Source: Armatimonadota bacterium (GTDB lineage Bacteria > Sysuimicrobiota > Sysuimicrobiia > Sysuimicrobiales > Kaftiobacteriaceae). Taken from it: a stretch of DNA of 11,164 nt. Made by a program: the position numbers and the translations under genes. The stretch spans positions 1-11,164 of the forward strand of contig JBBIUY010000056.1 of NCBI GenBank assembly GCA_037440005.1. The letters run 5' to 3'. Of the stretch, positions 1 to 7,053 are shown in pieces; the stretch's first letter is position 1, and each line of letters starts with the position of its first letter. A model generated the notes under the pieces. That model was not told where the DNA came from. It was given only the letters and a program-made list of their open reading frames with translations, and did not search any database.

Positions 1-1
1 G

Positions 2-610
2 CTGAAGAAGTTCGACGTCGTCGTGATCGAAGAGGTCGAAGCGGACATCTTCTACTTCTATCCCGAGTTCTACACGCCCGAGGCCTGGACGTCACCGGAG
101 ACGATCGTGCTACCCAACCGGCTGGAGCTCATTCGCCAGTTCGTCGAGGAGGGCGGTGGCCTGCTCATGGTGGGCGGCTGGCTGTCCTTTCAGGGGCGCT
201 TCGGGCACGGGGTGTGGCACGGCACGCCGGTGGAGGAAGCGCTGCCCGTGATCTTCCAGCCGACTGACGACCGGGTAGAAACGCCTCAAGGAGCCATCGT
301 CACGGCCCGCGATCGCACCCATCCTGTGATGAGGGGCATCGACTGGGACGCCTTCCCGCCGCTGCTGGGATACAATCGGGCGACGCCGCGGCCCGAGGCC
401 AACATTCTGGCGGTGGTGCGCCCCTCGCCGCGGGCGCCCGAAGATCCGCTCATTGCTGTGCGCCAGTACGGGCGCGGGCGGACCATGGTGTTCGCCTCCG
501 ACACCACACCGCATTGGGGTGTCAACTTCATGAAGTGGCCCGGCTACCACCAGTTCTGGCGTCAGGCGGTTCTGTGGCTGGCCGGGAGGGACGAAACTCA
601 GCCGAGATAG
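2..610 (+). CDS. Glutamine amidotransferase-like protein (GATase1-like / DUF1355 / STM3548-type), 5'-truncated
   Basis: The frame is open from base 2 (LKKFDVVVIEE...), so the ORF-track GTG at 23 is probably internal. Family-typical motifs: PNRLELIRQFVEEGGGLLMVGGWLSFQG, TPVEEALPV, DDRVETPQG, HPV, PLLGYN, DPLIAVRQYGRGRTMVFASD..PHW, W.GY.QFW....WLAG. Stop TAG at 608-610. Confidence 0.85.
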   Translation: MKKFDVVVIEEVEADIFYFYPEFYTPEAWTSPETIVLPNRLELIRQFVEEGGGLLMVGGWLSFQGRFGHGVWHGTPVEEALPVIFQPTDDRVETPQGAIVTARDRTHPVMRGIDWDAFPPLLGYNRATPRPEANILAVVRPSPRAPEDPLIAVRQYGRGRTMVFASDTTPHWGVNFMKWPGYHQFWRQAVLWLAGRDETQPR

Positions 611-625
611 GGGGTGGCAGCACAG

Positions 626-1924
626 ATGGGTACCCGTCGGATTGCCTTGGTGGCTGTGCTCGTGACCCTGGCCGTCGCGGCCAGCGCGGCCTTCGGAGCC
701 GCTCCCATTCAGCTCACCTTCACCGTCTGGTCCTACAGCACCGACGTCATCCTCGACAACATCAAGAAGTTCGAGGCCGCCAACCCCGGGATCAAGGTCA
801 CGCTGCAGGACTTCGCCTGGGAGAAATACGTGGATGTCATGACCGCCCGGTTCGTCGGCAAGACCCCGACCGACCTGGCCTACTCCTCCGACCACTGGTT
901 GCAGCAGTGGGCGGCGGCCAACTGGATTGTGCCGCTGGAGGACTACTTCCCACAGGTGAAGGCGTACAAGGCGGACTTTGCACCGTATGCCATCGAAGGG
1001 ATGACCTACAAGGGCAAGTTGTACGGCCTGCCCTACTACGCCGACACCATCATCTTCATCTACAACGAGGACATGCTGAAGCGGGCGGGCTTTACCGCGC
1101 CTCCGGCGACCTGGGACGACGTGACCCGCATGGCCCGGGTCATGAAGGAGAAGAAGATCGTCGAGTACCCGATCATGTTCCAGTTCCAGGACATCACCCC
1201 GTGGTACATCGAGGTCTTCCTCTCCATGGTGTACTCGTACAAGAACTACCGCATGTTCGACGACAACCTGAACCCCATCTATGACCGCGAGGGATCCGCC
1301 GCCCATAAGGTGGCCCAGTGGCTCGTGGACGGCATGCGGACCCACAAGATCATCAACCCCGCCTCGCTCGAGACCACCGAGATCCCTCTGGTCAAGGCCA
1401 TGGGCGCGGGGCAGGTGGCCTTCGCCGTTCTGCCCAAGTACAACCTGGCCGACCTGAACACGCCCGGGGCGCACGCCCAGGCCGGAAAGTTCAAGTTCGC
1501 GCTGATGCCCGGGGAAACTCACGGAACCGTCGGGTTCGTCCGCTTCTACTCCATGACCAAGATGGCCGCCGACCGGGGGCCGGCCGTGCGCGAGGCAGCC
1601 TGGAAGTTCCTGGAGTACTTCGGCGGCAAGACCGGGGGTGAGTTTGTCGTCGTCAAGCGCTGGGCCCTGGAGAAGGGGCTCGGGTTCGCCCAGCTCCCCC
1701 TCTACAAGGACCCGCAGATCCGTGCGGCCATCAACAAGTGGGGGAACGTCACCCTGGAGGAGCAGCAGGCCAAACTCGCCCGGGCCAAGGAGGCCCTGAC
1801 GCCGTTCTGGGGCTCCTGGAGCCTGGAGTTTCAGAAGGAAATGAACAAGGCGCTCCTGGGCCAGAAGAGCGCCCTGGACGCGCTAAAGGCTTCCGCCGCC
1901 AAGTGGCGGGAGATGAAGAGGTAA
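626..1924 (+). CDS. Carbohydrate ABC transporter substrate-binding protein (CUT1 / SBP_bac_1 type)
   Basis: ATG 626 follows an SD-like GGGGGTGG at about 610-617 (alternative GTG 614). Signal peptide MGTRRIALVAVLVTLAVAASAAFGA. Motifs: IKKFEAANPGIKV, YKGKLYGLPYY, YNEDMLKRAG..PPATWDD, AAWKFLEY. Precedes two permeases. Confidence 0.93.
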   Translation: MGTRRIALVAVLVTLAVAASAAFGAAPIQLTFTVWSYSTDVILDNIKKFEAANPGIKVTLQDFAWEKYVDVMTARFVGKTPTDLAYSSDHWLQQWAAANWIVPLEDYFPQVKAYKADFAPYAIEGMTYKGKLYGLPYYADTIIFIYNEDMLKRAGFTAPPATWDDVTRMARVMKEKKIVEYPIMFQFQDITPWYIEVFLSMVYSYKNYRMFDDNLNPIYDREGSAAHKVAQWLVDGMRTHKIINPASLETTEIPLVKAMGAGQVAFAVLPKYNLADLNTPGAHAQAGKFKFALMPGETHGTVGFVRFYSMTKMAADRGPAVREAAWKFLEYFGGKTGGEFVVVKRWALEKGLGFAQLPLYKDPQIRAAINKWGNVTLEEQQAKLARAKEALTPFWGSWSLEFQKEMNKALLGQKSALDALKASAAKWREMKR

Positions 1925-1936
1925 AGGCGGACATTA

Positions 1937-1970
1937 GGAGAGGGGACGGCGGAGCCGCCGTCCCCTCTCC
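1937..1970 (+). promoter_or_regulatory. Perfect 16-bp inverted repeat; intercistronic stem-loop, probably an mRNA stabiliser or attenuator
   Basis: GGAGAGGGGACGGCGG (1937-1952), AG spacer, CCGCCGTCCCCTCTCC (1955-1970) are exact reverse complements. It sits between the SBP and permease genes and has no downstream U-tract. Confidence 0.8.
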
Positions 1971-1978
1971 ATATCCCG

Positions 1979-2887
1979 ATGCGCGACCCGTCCTCGCGAC
2001 GCCCCAGGTACGGCGAAGCGCGCTACGCGTACGGCACCGTGCTGCCGGTCGTGTTGATCGTGGCGCTGTTCACCATCTACCCTTTCTTTTATGCCCTGTT
2101 GACGAGCTTCCGCGAGGTCGTCCTGTACAAACCCTTCAGTCAGCCTTTCGTGGGGCTGAAGAACTACCTGGACGTCGTCCGCAGCGAGTTCTTCGCCGCC
2201 AGCTGGCGGCACACCCTGACCTTCGTGGCCGGCGCCGTGCCCCTGACCACGGTACTCGGATTCGGCATCGCGCACCTGCTCAACGCCCGGACGCGGCTGG
2301 CCCCTCTGCTGAATGTGACGATCCTTCTCCCCTGGGCCATTCCTACCGTCATCAGCGGGATCATCTGGGCCTGGATCTTCAACAGCAGTTACGGCGCCTT
2401 CAACGGGCTGCTGTACTCCCTGGGCCTGATCGACTCCTACGTGCCCTGGCTTTCCCGGCCTCGGTCGGCCCTGGCGTGCGTGCTGTTCGCGCACATCTGG
2501 AAGGAAGTGCCCCTCACGTCCATCCTCTACCTGGCCGCGCTGCAGGCGATTCCCGAAGAGCTGTACGACGCAGCGCGGGTGGACGGCGCCGGCACCCTGG
2601 CCGCGGTGTCCCGGATCACGGTCCCGCTGGTGCTGCCGACCACGTTGATCATCGTGGTCTACGAGACCATGGTCGGGATCGTCACCTTCGATCTGCTGTA
2701 TGTGATGACGGGAGGCGGCCCGGCAGGCGCGACGTCGCTTATCTCATACTATCTGTACAACAGCATGTTCGTCGCGTTCAACTTCGGCCAGGGCGCCGCG
2801 CTCGCCGTCCTGCTGGCCCTCGTCCTGGTGGCGTTCATCATGCTATACCTTCGCCTGCTCCGGAGCGAGGAGATCTACGCCACATGA
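1979..2887 (+). CDS. Carbohydrate ABC transporter permease (MalF/UgpA-like)
   Basis: Multiple hydrophobic segments, FVGLKNY, LLPWAIP, EAA loop LQAIPEELYDAARVDGA, MTGGGP, FGQGAALA. The stop overlaps the next ATG (ATGA 2884-2887). Confidence 0.95.
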   Translation: MRDPSSRRPRYGEARYAYGTVLPVVLIVALFTIYPFFYALLTSFREVVLYKPFSQPFVGLKNYLDVVRSEFFAASWRHTLTFVAGAVPLTTVLGFGIAHLLNARTRLAPLLNVTILLPWAIPTVISGIIWAWIFNSSYGAFNGLLYSLGLIDSYVPWLSRPRSALACVLFAHIWKEVPLTSILYLAALQAIPEELYDAARVDGAGTLAAVSRITVPLVLPTTLIIVVYETMVGIVTFDLLYVMTGGGPAGATSLISYYLYNSMFVAFNFGQGAALAVLLALVLVAFIMLYLRLLRSEEIYAT

Positions 2888-3777
2888 AGGGGCGCGCCAT
2901 CCTCCGATCCGGCCTTCCAGGTGCCCTCAGCCTCGTCCTGGCCGCCTACGTCCTGGCCCCCTTTGTCTGGGTCGCTTTGAGCAGCATCCAGCCGGAAAAG
3001 GAGCTCTTCCGGGTGCCGCCCCGCTGGATCCCCCGGCAGCTGACGCTGGACAACTACCGGTTTGTGTTCACCGGGCAATTCCCCGCCGGATACGAGGAGA
3101 CGGGAATCGCCCGGGGGCGCATCTCGGAGAAGGCCCGCGATGCCCTGCCCGCGTTGCGGAACAGCACGGTCGTGGCGACCAGCGTGGCCCTGACCAATTT
3201 GATCCTGGGAACCCTCGCCGCCTACACCTTCTCCCGCCTCAGGTTCCGGGGCGCCGGGCTGATGTACTCGTTCATCCTGGCCAGCCGACTTCTCCCACCC
3301 ATGGCTGTCGCCATCCCCTACTACCTGATCATCAACCGGCTCGGCCTGCTGGACCGCTATGCCGCGCTGATCTTGATCCACACCGTGTTCACGCTGCCGT
3401 TCACCGTCTGGTTCCTGACCCTCTACTTCCGGCGCGTGCCACCCGACCTGGAAGAGGCCGCCCTCGTGGACGGCTGTACGCGCTTCCAGGCCCTGATGCA
3501 GATAGTCGTCCCCGTCGCCACGCCAGCCCTGGCCGCAGCCGCCGCGTTCAGCTTCATGTTCTCGTACAACGACTTTCCGTTCGCGCTCTTCGTCACGTCG
3601 ACGATCCGCTCGCAGACGATCCCGGTGATCGTGGCCAACACCGCCATCAACCCGGACGTCAGCTTTGGAGTCGTGTCGGTGACCGTGGCCCTGACAATGC
3701 TGCCGCCTGTGGCGTTCGCCATGGCCTTTCGGCGGTATGTGACGCGCGGGCTGATCGCGGTAACCACCACCAGGTAG
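2884..3777 (+). CDS. Carbohydrate ABC transporter permease (MalG-like)
   Basis: The likely start is ATG 2884 (ATGA overlap), not the ORF-track start at 1738. Motifs: TLDNY, NS.VVA, AAYTFSRLRFRG, EAA loop VPPDLEEAALVDGC, RRYVTRGL. Confidence 0.93.
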   Translation: MKGRAILRSGLPGALSLVLAAYVLAPFVWVALSSIQPEKELFRVPPRWIPRQLTLDNYRFVFTGQFPAGYEETGIARGRISEKARDALPALRNSTVVATSVALTNLILGTLAAYTFSRLRFRGAGLMYSFILASRLLPPMAVAIPYYLIINRLGLLDRYAALILIHTVFTLPFTVWFLTLYFRRVPPDLEEAALVDGCTRFQALMQIVVPVATPALAAAAAFSFMFSYNDFPFALFVTSTIRSQTIPVIVANTAINPDVSFGVVSVTVALTMLPPVAFAMAFRRYVTRGLIAVTTTR

Positions 3778-3783
3778 AGCGTC

Positions 3784-4698
3784 ATGCAGGTCGTCGTTGC
3801 CGTCGACCTCGGGGGGACGCTGCTGCGGACGGCGGTCGTCAGTGCGGCCCGTGAGATCCTCCACCAGACGGTCCGGCCCGTGGGGGACCGACGCGGCAAT
3901 ACCGCCATCGGCCGCCTGCTCCGTGAAGCAGTAACCGACGCCCGCGAGGCCCTCCGCCCGTGCAACTGGGAGCCCACCGGTGTGGGCCTGGCGGTTCCGG
4001 GGGTGGTGGACGCGCAGGCGGGGATGATCCGTTACTCGGCCAACTTGCAGCTGGACGCCCTCCCGGTAAGGGACATTGTGCAGGAGGTTCTGCCGGGCGT
4101 GGTCGTGGTGGAAAACGACGTCCGTGCCGCCGCGTGGGGGGAGTTCCACTGGGGGGCGGGGCGGGGAGTCCGTCACATGGTCTATCTGAGCGCCGGCACG
4201 GGGATTGCGGCGGCCGCCGTCTGCGAGGGACGGCTCTACCGCGGGCGCGCAGGCGCGGCGGGCGAACTGGGCCACGTCGTCGTCGTCCCCGACGGGGAAC
4301 AGTGCCGGTGCGGCCAGCGGGGGTGTTTGGAGACGGTGGCGGGCGGATGGGGGATCGCCCGAAGAGCGGCACGGAGGGCCGGAACGGAGAGTCCCCTGTC
4401 CGCCGAGGCCGTCTTCGAGGCGGCGCGTGCGGGTGACCCCGGAGCACGGGACGTGATCCGCGAAGCCGGAAAGTTCCTGGGGAGGGCGGCGGTCCTGCTG
4501 GTGCGCCTGTGGGATCCAGAACGGCTGGTCCTGGGTGGCGGGCTGTTCTTCGACGGGTCTCCCCTGCTCGACGCCGTCCGGCGGGCCGTCCAGACCGGAG
4601 GGCTGGCTGGCACGTCCCCGCCGGCGGTGGAACGGGCGGTTTTCGGACCCAACGCGGGACTGCTGGGCGCCGCCTGCCTCGTGCACGCACCCCCATGA
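3784..4698 (+). CDS. ROK-family sugar kinase (glucokinase-like)
   Basis: N-terminal ATP-binding VDLGGT with no HTH extension, so a kinase rather than a repressor. Motifs: PGVVD, ENDVRAAAWGE, GTGI, AGELGH, zinc motif CRCGQRGCLE, LVLGGG, AGLLGAA. Confidence 0.93.
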   Translation: MQVVVAVDLGGTLLRTAVVSAAREILHQTVRPVGDRRGNTAIGRLLREAVTDAREALRPCNWEPTGVGLAVPGVVDAQAGMIRYSANLQLDALPVRDIVQEVLPGVVVVENDVRAAAWGEFHWGAGRGVRHMVYLSAGTGIAAAAVCEGRLYRGRAGAAGELGHVVVVPDGEQCRCGQRGCLETVAGGWGIARRAARRAGTESPLSAEAVFEAARAGDPGARDVIREAGKFLGRAAVLLVRLWDPERLVLGGGLFFDGSPLLDAVRRAVQTGGLAGTSPPAVERAVFGPNAGLLGAACLVHAPP

Positions 4699-5618
4699 TC
4701 CTGTGCGTGTGCCCGAACCTCTGCTACGACCGTATACTCGTCGTCCCGGGATTTCGCATCGGCCAGGTCCATCGAGCACAGCAGACGATTCCGCTGGCCA
4801 GCGGCAAAGGGCTCAACGTGGCCCGGGCCGCGAAGGCCCTCGGCGCGCCGTTGACCGTCGTGGGATTCGCCGCCGGGGAAGCGGCGGGGGTGCTGGCGCG
4901 TGGCGCGCGAGAGGCGGGTCTGTCTCTGGACGTGGTGCGCGTCAGAGGTCCGGCCCGCGTGTGCACCCTCATTATCGATCCCGGCCGGAGCGAGACCGTG
5001 GTGAACGAACAGGGAGCTCCGGTGGATGCGGCCGCCGTCCGCAGGTTGCGTCAACGCATTGCCATGCACCTTCCCCGCAGCACGGTGGTCATCCTCAACG
5101 GGAGCCGACCGCCAGGGCTGCCAGCACAGCTCTTCGCCTCCCTCATCCGCCAGGCGCAGCCGCGTCCGGTCATCCTCGACACCCCGGGAGAGGCTTTCCG
5201 ACTGGGGATCGGCGCACGTCCGAGCGTGGCCAAGCTCAACCGCCGGGAGCTGGCGGACACCCTCGGTCGGACGCTTTCATCGTTGCACGACGTTGCCGCT
5301 GCGGCGGGTCAAGTTCTGGCCGACGGCGCCCAGGCGGTCGTCGTAACTCTGGGCGACCGGGGAGCTTTGTTGGCGCAAAAAGACGGTGTCTGGCGGATGA
5401 CCGCCCCCCGTGTCCGCCGCGTCAACACCATCGGTGCGGGCGACAGCCTGTCCGCCGGCATCGCCGTCGGACTGCACCGGGGTATACCGTTGCCGGAGGC
5501 GGTGCGGCTCGGCGTCGCCGCTGCGGCGTCGGATGTCACCACTTTGCTCCCCGGCACCGTCGACGCCCTGATGACCCGGACGCTGGCCCGCCAGGTGCGC
5601 GTCGAGCGCCTGGCCTGA
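4695..5618 (+). CDS. PfkB-family sugar-phosphate kinase (1-phosphofructokinase / tagatose-6-phosphate kinase type)
   Basis: ATG 4695 overlaps the ROK stop (ATGA). Motifs: MIL...N...D, SGKGLNVAR, NEQG, GSRPPG, ILDTPG, KLNRREL, VVVTLGDRGA and the PfkB signature NTIGAGDS. Confidence 0.92.
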   Translation: MILCVCPNLCYDRILVVPGFRIGQVHRAQQTIPLASGKGLNVARAAKALGAPLTVVGFAAGEAAGVLARGAREAGLSLDVVRVRGPARVCTLIIDPGRSETVVNEQGAPVDAAAVRRLRQRIAMHLPRSTVVILNGSRPPGLPAQLFASLIRQAQPRPVILDTPGEAFRLGIGARPSVAKLNRRELADTLGRTLSSLHDVAAAAGQVLADGAQAVVVTLGDRGALLAQKDGVWRMTAPRVRRVNTIGAGDSLSAGIAVGLHRGIPLPEAVRLGVAAAASDVTTLLPGTVDALMTRTLARQVRVERLA

Positions 5619-5655
5619 CCGCCTCTGGCGACCAGCCCCCGGCCGCGGCCCGGAG

Positions 5656-5671
5656 GGAGAACGGATTCTCC
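5656..5671 (+). promoter_or_regulatory. Small inverted repeat in the phoD-like gene translation-initiation region
   Basis: GGAGAA-CGGA-TTCTCC lies next to GGAGG (5652-5656) and ends 5 nt before GTG 5677. Confidence 0.35.
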
Positions 5672-5676
5672 TGCCC

Positions 5677-6975
5677 GTGACGAAGAAAAGAGGTGTGGCT
5701 GACCGAGCCTGGCAGGGATCCCCTCTCCGCGGGCGGGGCCCGCTGGTTGTCCTCGGCGCGGCCGCCGCGGTCGCCCTGGCGGGGATCGCTCCGGCCAGCA
5801 TCGCGCCGGTTCCGGATCTCCTTATCGCCAGCGGCGACGCCACGGCCAGTTCGGCCATCATCTGGACGCGCGCCGCCGCGCCGGGGGCGGTCCGCGTCGA
5901 GTACGGCCCCACGCCCGCCCTGGGCCGGACGACCGCGCCGGTCCCGGTGACCGAAGCCACCGACCTCACGGCCAAGGTGGAGCTGACCGAGCTGCAGGCC
6001 GCCACCCGGTACTTCTACCGGGTGGTGGCAGATCCCGGGGGAGCGGCCAGCCTGCTGGGTCAGTTCCGCACCGCCCCTCCGCCCGACGCCTCATCGGGCC
6101 TGACCCTGGCGTGGGGCGCCGACACCAGCGAACGCTTCCAGCCGTTCCGGATCTTCGACGCGATCCGATCCGCCGACCCGGACGCCTTCCTGTTCCTGGG
6201 CGATACCATTTACGCCGACCTGGACTGCGGGGCACGGGACCTGGACGACTACCGCCGGTGCTACCGGCGCAACCGCGACGAGCCGTTCACGCGGTTTGTC
6301 CGGTCGGTACCGGTGTGGGCCGTGTGGGACGACCACGAGGTCGCCAACAACTTCGACCGCACCCACCCCCAGCTGGCGGCAGGCCGTCAGGCTTTCCTGG
6401 AGTACTGGCCGGTGCGTGTCAGTCCGGCGGATCCCGGACGGCTGTACCGGTCGTTCCGGTGGGGTCGCCTGGTCGAGGTCTTCATCCTGGATACCCGCCA
6501 GTACCGGTCTCCCGCCTACGACCGGGACACCCCCGCCAAGACGATGCTGGGGGAAGACCAGCGGCGGTGGCTGCTGCGCGGGCTGACCCGATCCGAGGCC
6601 GCCTTCAAGGTGATCGCCACCACCGTCCCGCTGAAGTTCCACGGGGCCGACTCCTGGGAGGGGTACACCACGGAGCGACGGATGATCCTCGATGCCGTGG
6701 CCCGGGGTGTCCGGGGCGTGGTGGCTGTCAGCGGGGACGTGCACTACGCCGCGGTGATCCGGCACACGGAGGGGGTGCTGGAGGCCATCGCCGGGCCCCT
6801 GGCGGCCGTCATCAACACCCGCCGCCGCGCCGCCGAATATCCCGAGACCGTGTTCAGCTACAACGGCAGCTTCACCTTCGGCCTGTTGCGGGTCGACCCC
6901 GCATCCCGGCAACTGGCAGTGGAGATCTACGATGTCGACGGCCGGTTGCTGTACCGGACGATCGCGGGTCCCTGA
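5677..6975 (+). CDS. phoD: Exported alkaline phosphatase D family phosphatase/phosphodiesterase
   Basis: Hydrophobic N-terminal export segment, PhoD N-domain (ASGD....AIIWTR, TRYFYR, GQFRTAP) and catalytic motifs GDTIYAD, WDDHEVANN, LDTRQYRS, TMLGEDQRRWL, DSWEGY, SGDVH. Start uncertain (GTG 5677 or GTG 5695). Confidence 0.92.
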   Translation: MTKKRGVADRAWQGSPLRGRGPLVVLGAAAAVALAGIAPASIAPVPDLLIASGDATASSAIIWTRAAAPGAVRVEYGPTPALGRTTAPVPVTEATDLTAKVELTELQAATRYFYRVVADPGGAASLLGQFRTAPPPDASSGLTLAWGADTSERFQPFRIFDAIRSADPDAFLFLGDTIYADLDCGARDLDDYRRCYRRNRDEPFTRFVRSVPVWAVWDDHEVANNFDRTHPQLAAGRQAFLEYWPVRVSPADPGRLYRSFRWGRLVEVFILDTRQYRSPAYDRDTPAKTMLGEDQRRWLLRGLTRSEAAFKVIATTVPLKFHGADSWEGYTTERRMILDAVARGVRGVVAVSGDVHYAAVIRHTEGVLEAIAGPLAAVINTRRRAAEYPETVFSYNGSFTFGLLRVDPASRQLAVEIYDVDGRLLYRTIAGP

Positions 6976-7000
6976 TGGCCGGACAGCCGCGGGCGGGTGG

Positions 7001-7053
7001 CGGCGGAAAAGCCGGCGTCAGACCGACGGGGGATGACCCGGCCCAAACCGCCG
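7001..7053. other. Extended imperfect stem-loop in the phoD-SBP intergenic region
   Basis: Nested pairings: CGGCGG 7001-7006 with CCGCCG 7048-7053; GCCGG 7011-7015 with CCGGC 7038-7042; GTCA 7017-7020 with TGAC 7034-7037. A-rich internal loop AAAA/CCAAA. Confidence 0.45.

Noticed and set aside
608..625. Single in-frame TAG between the GATase-like and SBP genes, and likewise between the permease and ROK genes (3775-3783): possible readthrough or pyrrolysine fusion
   Set aside because: Adjacent genes share a frame one time in three. Each upstream protein is complete, each downstream gene has its own start, and the fusions make little topological sense.
110..1522. Long antisense ORFs (110-1522, 2875-4779, 6091-6912, 7018-8205, 9364-10116)
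   Set aside because: They overlap well-supported + strand genes, show no recognisable motifs, and are the expected shadow of GC-rich codon usage.
1738..2883. N-terminal extension of the 679-aa ORF 1738-3777
   Set aside because: Arg/Pro/Gly-rich out-of-frame read across the SBP and first permease genes. The permease sequence begins at the coupled ATG 2884.
4509..4694. N-terminal extension of the PfkB ORF
   Set aside because: It overlaps the ROK gene, and the PfkB domain begins at ATG 4695 in an ATGA overlap.
3784..4698. ROK protein as a NagC/XylR-type repressor
   Set aside because: There is no N-terminal HTH domain; the DLGGT kinase motif starts at residue 8.
5619..5676. Pho box or sigma70 promoter upstream of phoD
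   Set aside because: No CTGTCA/GTTCA-type direct repeats and no convincing -35/-10 pair are visible.
6973..7053. phoD TGA followed by an open frame into SBP2 and a hairpin: possible selenocysteine/SECIS readthrough
   Set aside because: The TGA is at the natural C-terminus of PhoD, not at a Cys-equivalent position. The main hairpin starts about 25 nt downstream and does not resemble a bacterial SECIS, and SBP2 has its own SD and signal peptide.
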